Shown piece after piece: positions 59,128 to 64,000 of a stretch of DNA of 64,000 bases (the stretch's first letter is position 1; every line of letters starts with the position of its first letter). The translations under genes were made by a program, and so were the position numbers. The DNA is from an uncultured Acidobacteriaceae bacterium. Lineage in GTDB: Bacteria; Acidobacteriota; Terriglobia; Terriglobales; Acidobacteriaceae. The stretch spans positions 1,012,721 to 1,076,720 of the forward strand of contig CAVRCM010000003.1 of assembly GCA_963719585.1 (NCBI GenBank), given 5' to 3'. Under the pieces are notes generated by a model. It made no database searches and was not told where the DNA came from. It worked only from the letters and a program-made list of their open reading frames with translations.

Positions 59128-59133
59128 ATTATA
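59128..59133 (-). promoter_or_regulatory. Candidate -10 box (TATAAT) for csp, implying a ~120-nt 5' leader
   Basis: A perfect TATAAT on the minus strand within an AT-rich patch. There is no convincing -35 at 17 nt, so this is weak. Confidence 0.3.
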
Positions 59134-59368
59134 TACACATCCAATAAAAAATGCACACAAAATATTGCACCGCGCCGGACGCGATTTCGAGCCCCTTCCC
59201 TTTATGTCCGTCGTCTTCGTTCTCTCCCGTCTGGCCTTTAACGGGAAAGCCTCGCGAAATCGAATGATCCCTGATAGACACATCTATGTCATTAGTCGTA
59301 CAGTCTTCTTGTCCCTCCCTCGCTCCTCCAAATCTGATCTGAGCGATCGCGGTTCACCGGAGTCCACC

Positions 59369-59722
59369 ATGGATCGCGAAACGCCACGAGCAGAAGTGCT
59401 GCGCCTGCTTAAAGAGCTGCGTAAAACTCGACAAGATGAAATCTTTGGCGGCTTGTCTTTATCGGAACGAGCCGACTACGACAAAAAAGCGAATCGTATC
59501 AGCGAGCTGGAACTTCTGCTAAAGTCGACCTCTCTATCGCTGTTCAGCGAGCCCACCCCCGATAACAGTGGCGCCTGGGACAAAATGTCCGAAACCGACA
59601 CACCTCAGTCTCTTGCTCGACAGCCCTACCGCGACCGGGAAAAAGATTCGCGCGATTCGCAAGCGGAGAGCGAAAGTCCGGAGAACCCAGCCACTAAGAG
59701 AGCGAACACAGACGACGAATAA
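59369..59722 (+). CDS. Hypothetical acidic/charged protein
   Basis: ATG 59369. The 117-aa product has a helical N-terminus (EVLRLLKELRKTRQDEIFGGLSLSERADYDKKANRISELELLL) and a disordered acidic tail. The listed start 59165 is unlikely. Confidence 0.5.
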   Translation: MDRETPRAEVLRLLKELRKTRQDEIFGGLSLSERADYDKKANRISELELLLKSTSLSLFSEPTPDNSGAWDKMSETDTPQSLARQPYRDREKDSRDSQAESESPENPATKRANTDDE

Positions 59723-59875
59723 CGATGGTTACCCGGCTTGATTTTTCCCTGCCGAGCATTCGTTTCCCTGCAGCGCCCTGCTAAACCGAAACCTTCGGAT
59801 GCGATGCAGCCCTCCATCACGTCCGAGTCAATTACTATGTTCCCTGCGATTTCAAGAGCTTGACTTGATAAGGGG

Positions 59876-61557
59876 ATGGATCGAGCTATGTCCGTAAAGA
59901 AAAGCAATCGCGGGTTTTCTGCCGGCCGCCGCAAATTCTTCAAAACTACAGTAGTCGGCAGCGCCACGTTGGCTCTGGCCCCGGTCCGTCCCGCACTGGC
60001 CGCAGCGCGGGAGCTTATACCTGACTCCTCATCTGCGCGTATCGAGCCCTTCGAATTAGATGAACTAACTATCTCAGACCTTCAGGATGGAATGAAGTCT
60101 GGCAGGTTCACGGCCCGCTCCCTGGTGGAAAAATACTCCCAGCCGCATCGACGAAATCGATAAACACGGTCCCGCGATCAACAGCGTGATCGAACTCAAT
60201 CCCGACGCCCTCGCCATAGCCGAAGGTCTCGATCAGGAGCGCAAAATAAAAGGCCCGCGTGGACCGTTGCACGGCATCCCGATCCTTATCAAAGACAATA
60301 TCGACACTGCCGACAGAATGATGACCACAGCCGGCTCGCTCGCGTTACTCGGCTCCAAGCCTGCGAAAGATTCCTTCGTCGCCGAAAAATTGCGGGCCGC
60401 CGGCGCGGTTATTTTAGGCAAGACAAATCTCAGCGAGTGGGCCAATATTCGCTCCAGCCACTCCACCAGCGGATGGAGCGGGCGCGGCGGGCTCACCAAA
60501 AATCCCTACGCTCTTGACCGCAATCCCTGCGGCTCAAGTTCCGGTTCAGGCGCGGGAGTATCGGCAAACCTATGTGCCGCCGCAATCGGCACCGAGACCG
60601 ATGGCTCCATCGTCTGTCCATCGTCGTCCAACGGGATCGCCGGCATTAAGCCGACCGTAGGGCTGGTAAGCCGCGCCGGTATCATTCCTATCTCCCACAG
60701 TCAGGATGGCGCGGGTCCGATGTGCCGCACCGTGCGCGACGCTGCGATTATGCTGGGCGCGCTTACGGGAGTCGATCCGCGAGACTCTGCAACAGCAAAT
60801 AGCCAAGGCAAATCTTCAACGGATTATGCCCAATTCTGCGATCCCGCCGGTTTAAAAGGCGCCCGCATCGGAGTCGCCAGAAAATACTTCGGATTCAACG
60901 ACGCCGTCGATGCTCTGATGGAGCAATCTCTTGATGTTATGAAGCAGCAGGGCGCCACGGTGATTGACCCCGCAGATATCGAAACTCTGGGTAAGTTCGA
61001 TAAGAGCGAACTGCTGGTTTTCCTGTATGAACTTAAAGCCGATCTGAATAGCTATCTTGCGGCCTTGGGGCCCAATGCCCCCGTGAAGACGTTAAAAGAC
61101 ATCATTGACTTCAACGAGCGCAACCGGCAAAAAGAAATGCCTTACTTCGGCCAGGATTTATTCTTGAAAGCCGAGGCTAAGGGTCCACTCACGGAAAAGC
61201 CATATCTTGACGCACTCGAGAACAATCATCAACTAGCCCGCACCGAAGGCATCGACGCAACCATGGATAAGTACCATCTCGATGCTATTGTCGCGCCCAC
61301 CGGCGGCCCGGCATGGCTTACCGACCTGGTCAACGGCGACCACGTCGGCCGGTGGAAGCTCGAATGCCGCCGCCGTCGCAGGCTACCCTAACATTAACGT
61401 CACTGCGGGCTTTATTTCCGGTCTGCCAATTGGAATCTCTTTCTTCGGACGTGCCTGGAGTGAACCTACGCTAATCCGCATCGCTTACGCTTTCGAACAA
61501 GCCACTAAGGCACGTCAGGCGCCGCGCTTCTTACCTACAATCGGAACCGGCCAGTAA
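59876..61557 (+). pseudogene. Amidase-signature family amidase with Tat-like signal; two frame breaks (~60140, ~61348)
   Basis: Tat-like GRRKFFKTTVVGSA. LVEKY then RIDEIDKHGPAINSVIELNP appears in the next frame. GIPILIKDNIDT and GGSSSGSGAGV follow. GDHVG then GGSSNAAAVAGYPNINVTAGF...GISFFGRAWSE appears in a third frame. Confidence 0.85.
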
Positions 61558-61683
61558 CTGGAAGCGTATATTCAAGCGATGTCGCAACTTGATCTTCTCG
61601 GCAGGCTTTCTCTAATTGAAAATTACTCTAATATATTTTGCGCTGTGTATTGTCGTGTTAGCCTTACCTGCAAGGGGGTGTAA

Positions 61684-61911
61684 ATGATGATGAACAAGGT
61701 AGTAGCTTCCCTGCAGAAAGAGTACTCCCGTCTTGAAAAAGAGATGGGACAAGTAGGGAAAGCGCTGGACGCCCTCGGCCATTCGAAAGGGACAAAGCTC
61801 AAGTTGACTGGCCGTACCTTGAGCAAGGATGCTCGTCGCCGAATTGCCGAAGCACAAAGGCTACGCTGGGCCAAGGTCCGAAAGGCCGCCGCTAAGGTAG
61901 CGAAGTCATAA
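61684..61911 (+). CDS. Small basic hypothetical protein
   Basis: The 75-aa product has a coiled N-terminus and a C-terminal LSKDARRRIAEAQRLRWAKVRKAAAK motif, which recurs in small bacterial proteins of unknown function. Confidence 0.5.
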   Translation: MMMNKVVASLQKEYSRLEKEMGQVGKALDALGHSKGTKLKLTGRTLSKDARRRIAEAQRLRWAKVRKAAAKVAKS

Positions 61912-61942
61912 GTAAAGAAATGCTTTCGCAAGCACCGCAGCC

Positions 61943-61974
61943 GGCCTCGTTCGTAACCCATCACGAGCGAGGCC
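61943..61974. terminator. Stem-loop in a convergent intergenic region (terminator-like, no U-tract)
   Basis: ggcctcgttcgt-aacccatc-acgagcgaggcc, 12 bp including one G-U pair. A second imperfect hairpin (cttcggaaag...ctttaccgaag) follows. Confidence 0.3.
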
Positions 61975-62028
61975 CAAGCTTCGGAAAGTAACTTGAGAAA
62001 CCTTTACCGAAGTTTCTGCTAACTTCGA

Positions 62029-63144
62029 CTAAGTCCAGCGGAACCATCTCAATGCCAGAGCGAAAGAAACTGCGCCCCAAACAATCATGATGAGCAGGCG
62101 CGGCCACTGATGGATCAGCGGAGTACCCTCCAGTATGCTGGCGCGTAACGCATCGTTCAGCGCGGTTAGCGGAAGCGCCTTGATCAACGGCTGAATCACG
62201 GCGGGAAACCGTTCGTAGGAAAAGAAAACTCCGGAAAAAATCCACATCGGCATCATGACAAGATTCATGAGGCCGCTTACGCTCTCGATTTTCTGCGCCC
62301 GGCTCGCCGTCAGCAACCCCACTCCGCCGAACGTCAAAGCTCCCACTGCGCCGACGAATGCGATTGCGAAAATCGATCCCATCACTTTCATGTGAAAAAC
62401 CAGAACGCCAAGGGTCAGCAGCAATCCGATTTCGATGACCATCAGCACCAGACGGCTCGACATCAGCGCCAGCAAAAAATCTCCGCGCCGCATCGGCGTG
62501 CCCACAAAGCGCTTGAGCAATTTGCGCTGGCGCATATCGACCAACGCAAATCCGACCCCCCACATGCCGGAGTTCATCAGATTCATTCCCAGTAATCCGG
62601 GAATCAGGAAATCGATATAGCGTGATCCCGGCTCGGACGAAGTCACCACAGTTGTTGCCACCACATCCTTCCGGCCCGCGGCCGTTTGCAAAGCGTTATC
62701 CGCTTCCGTTTTGGCCAGTACACTCTCTGGACGCGCCGGATCGTAACGATATCGCAACCCGCCATTGCCGTCAGGCTCAATTACCAGGTCGTATTTCCCC
62801 AGCCGAAATCCTTTTCTGGCAGCCTTTTCATCCTGCACCTCGACCTTGAATGACGCGTGTTGCGGCGAGTCTTCTAACAATGTCCGCACTTGGTCCGCGC
62901 CTGCTCCCGACACAATCGCGACCGACGAGGCATCCGCTGGTTTGTTACGAAAGGCAATTCCAAGGCCCAGCGCCAGCAACAATGGAAATACGAATACCCA
63001 GAACACGACCTCGGGTTCGCGCTTCAACTCCAACATGCGCGCGCCCAGAAGGTGCAGGTATCCCGCCCAGCGTCCGTTACGCTTTGGAAGTCTGCGGTGC
63101 GCCGCTGGCTGGTTTGCTTTCGGGATTTCTTGTGCTGTAGCCAT
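62029..63144 (-). CDS. ABC-2 type transporter permease
   Basis: A 371-aa product with an N-terminal TM, a large extracytoplasmic loop and a C-terminal 5-TM bundle (FLIPGLLGMNLMNSGMWGVGFALV). It sits immediately downstream of the ATPase gene. Confidence 0.85.
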   Translation of the reverse strand: MATAQEIPKANQPAAHRRLPKRNGRWAGYLHLLGARMLELKREPEVVFWVFVFPLLLALGLGIAFRNKPADASSVAIVSGAGADQVRTLLEDSPQHASFKVEVQDEKAARKGFRLGKYDLVIEPDGNGGLRYRYDPARPESVLAKTEADNALQTAAGRKDVVATTVVTSSEPGSRYIDFLIPGLLGMNLMNSGMWGVGFALVDMRQRKLLKRFVGTPMRRGDFLLALMSSRLVLMVIEIGLLLTLGVLVFHMKVMGSIFAIAFVGAVGALTFGGVGLLTASRAQKIESVSGLMNLVMMPMWIFSGVFFSYERFPAVIQPLIKALPLTALNDALRASILEGTPLIHQWPRLLIMIVWGAVSFALALRWFRWT

Positions 63145-63162
63145 TGAACCGATCCCCTAGTA

Positions 63163-64000
63163 CTACTCTTCTCGCAAATGCCGCCCCGTCAGCCGGACGA
63201 ACACATCTTCCAAACTGGCCTGCCGCGTGGTGAGATGTTGCAATTCACTGCTTCGTCTTCCGATCGCATCCAACAGAGCCGGAATCGCCAGATGAGGTTC
63301 CTTCACGCTGAGAGCCACCATCCCGTCATCCTCGCGGACGGATTCCACGCTGGGCAGAGCGCGCCAGATGTCGAGAACAGTTGCATCCGAATTTCCACCC
63401 ACCGCGAATTCCACCACATGATGGCCACCCAGGCGTTCGATCAAACTTGCGGGCGAGCCCTCCGCGATAATCTCGCCGTGATCAACGATGGCCAGCCGGT
63501 CGCACAGCCGCTCCGCCTCATCCATATAATGCGTGGTCAACAAAACGGTTCCGCCGTTGCGTTGAAATTCGCGAATAATATCCCAGAGTTGGCGCCGGCT
63601 CTGCGGATCGAGACCCGTAGTCGGCTCGTCTAAAAAAAGAATTTTCGGATTGCACACCAGCGCCGTCGCCACTGCCAGCCGCTGTCTCTGGCCGCCGGAA
63701 AGCTTTCCTACCCACGCGTCCGCCTTCTCCGTCAGCTGCAATTGCTCAAGCACTTCATCGGACGAACGCGGTTCGCGATAAAAGCTGGCAAATAATTCCA
63801 CCGTTTCGCGCACGGATAGTTTCTCCGATAATCGCGTCTCCTGCAGCGAGATGCCCAGCCACTCCCGCATTTCGCGCGCGTCCTCGCGCCAGGTATGGCC
63901 GAAAATCGATACTTCGCCGGAAGTCGGCTCGAGCAGTCCCTCGAGGATTTCAATGGTGGTGGTCTTTCCCGCTCCATTCGGACCGAGCAGTCCAAAGCAT
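63163..64000 (-). CDS. ABC transporter ATP-binding protein (5' end off-window)
   Basis: Walker A (GLLGPNGAGKTTT) at 63950-63990 is in the same frame as the listed ORF. Signature LSGGQRQRL and Walker B ILFLDEPTTGLD are present. The frame is open to the window edge. Confidence 0.9.
   Translation of the reverse strand, partial: CFGLLGPNGAGKTTTIEILEGLLEPTSGEVSIFGHTWREDAREMREWLGISLQETRLSEKLSVRETVELFASFYREPRSSDEVLEQLQLTEKADAWVGKLSGGQRQRLAVATALVCNPKILFLDEPTTGLDPQSRRQLWDIIREFQRNGGTVLLTTHYMDEAERLCDRLAIVDHGEIIAEGSPASLIERLGGHHVVEFAVGGNSDATVLDIWRALPSVESVREDDGMVALSVKEPHLAIPALLDAIGRRSSELQHLTTRQASLEDVFVRLTGRHLREE

Overview
A 64-kb chromosomal segment, moderately GC-rich by eye. Its gene content suggests Acidobacteriota, which is an inference from the TIGR03436-like VWFA protein, the CarboxypepD_reg-type TonB receptor, the ECF sigma/anti-sigma/DUF4097 module and many secreted hypotheticals. 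Most of it is housekeeping. It carries a class-III aminotransferase with proC, an aldo/keto reductase, a GAF-fused alpha-glucan phosphorylase and tRNA-Gln. It also has a gap-pgk-(macrodomain)-tpiA operon, an ECF sigma module, aroK, galT, a lysine/DAP cluster (asd-lysC-dapB-dapA-dapD), RNase J and a threonine dehydratase. The rest includes an RraA-like/MFP/RND/TolC efflux operon, a lipase-maturation-factor homologue and a TetR/TonB-receptor/SDR/hydrolase/acyl-CoA-ligase block. Near the end are an orphan sugar-binding protein, tRNA-Gly with an integrase remnant, HugZ, a cold-shock protein, an amidase and an ABC-2 exporter that runs off the end. I saw no CRISPR array, intact mobile element or recognisable defence system. 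A striking technical or biological feature is about 30 single-base reading-frame breaks in conserved genes, some of them essential. They are clustered unevenly: dense from 26 to 47.6 kb and absent from 49 to 59 kb. The best candidates for new biology are listed here. (1) Two paralogous small ORFs have an N-terminal TM helix and a C-terminal (Y/F)NRPPP motif, and each heads an operon. This is the architecture of SecM/MifM/ApdA-type translation-arrest leader peptides. (2) A degenerate receiver that lacks the phospho-acceptor Asp is translationally coupled to a DksA/TraR zinc-finger protein. (3) A PtsP-type GAF sensor is fused to glycogen phosphorylase. (4) A macrodomain gene is embedded in the glycolytic operon. 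(5) A Pnkp-like polynucleotide kinase carries an RGG-rich disordered N-terminus. (6) A 36-bp palindromic array of TGATT heptads abuts the dapD start codon. All functional calls come from reading the translations by eye. No database search was run.
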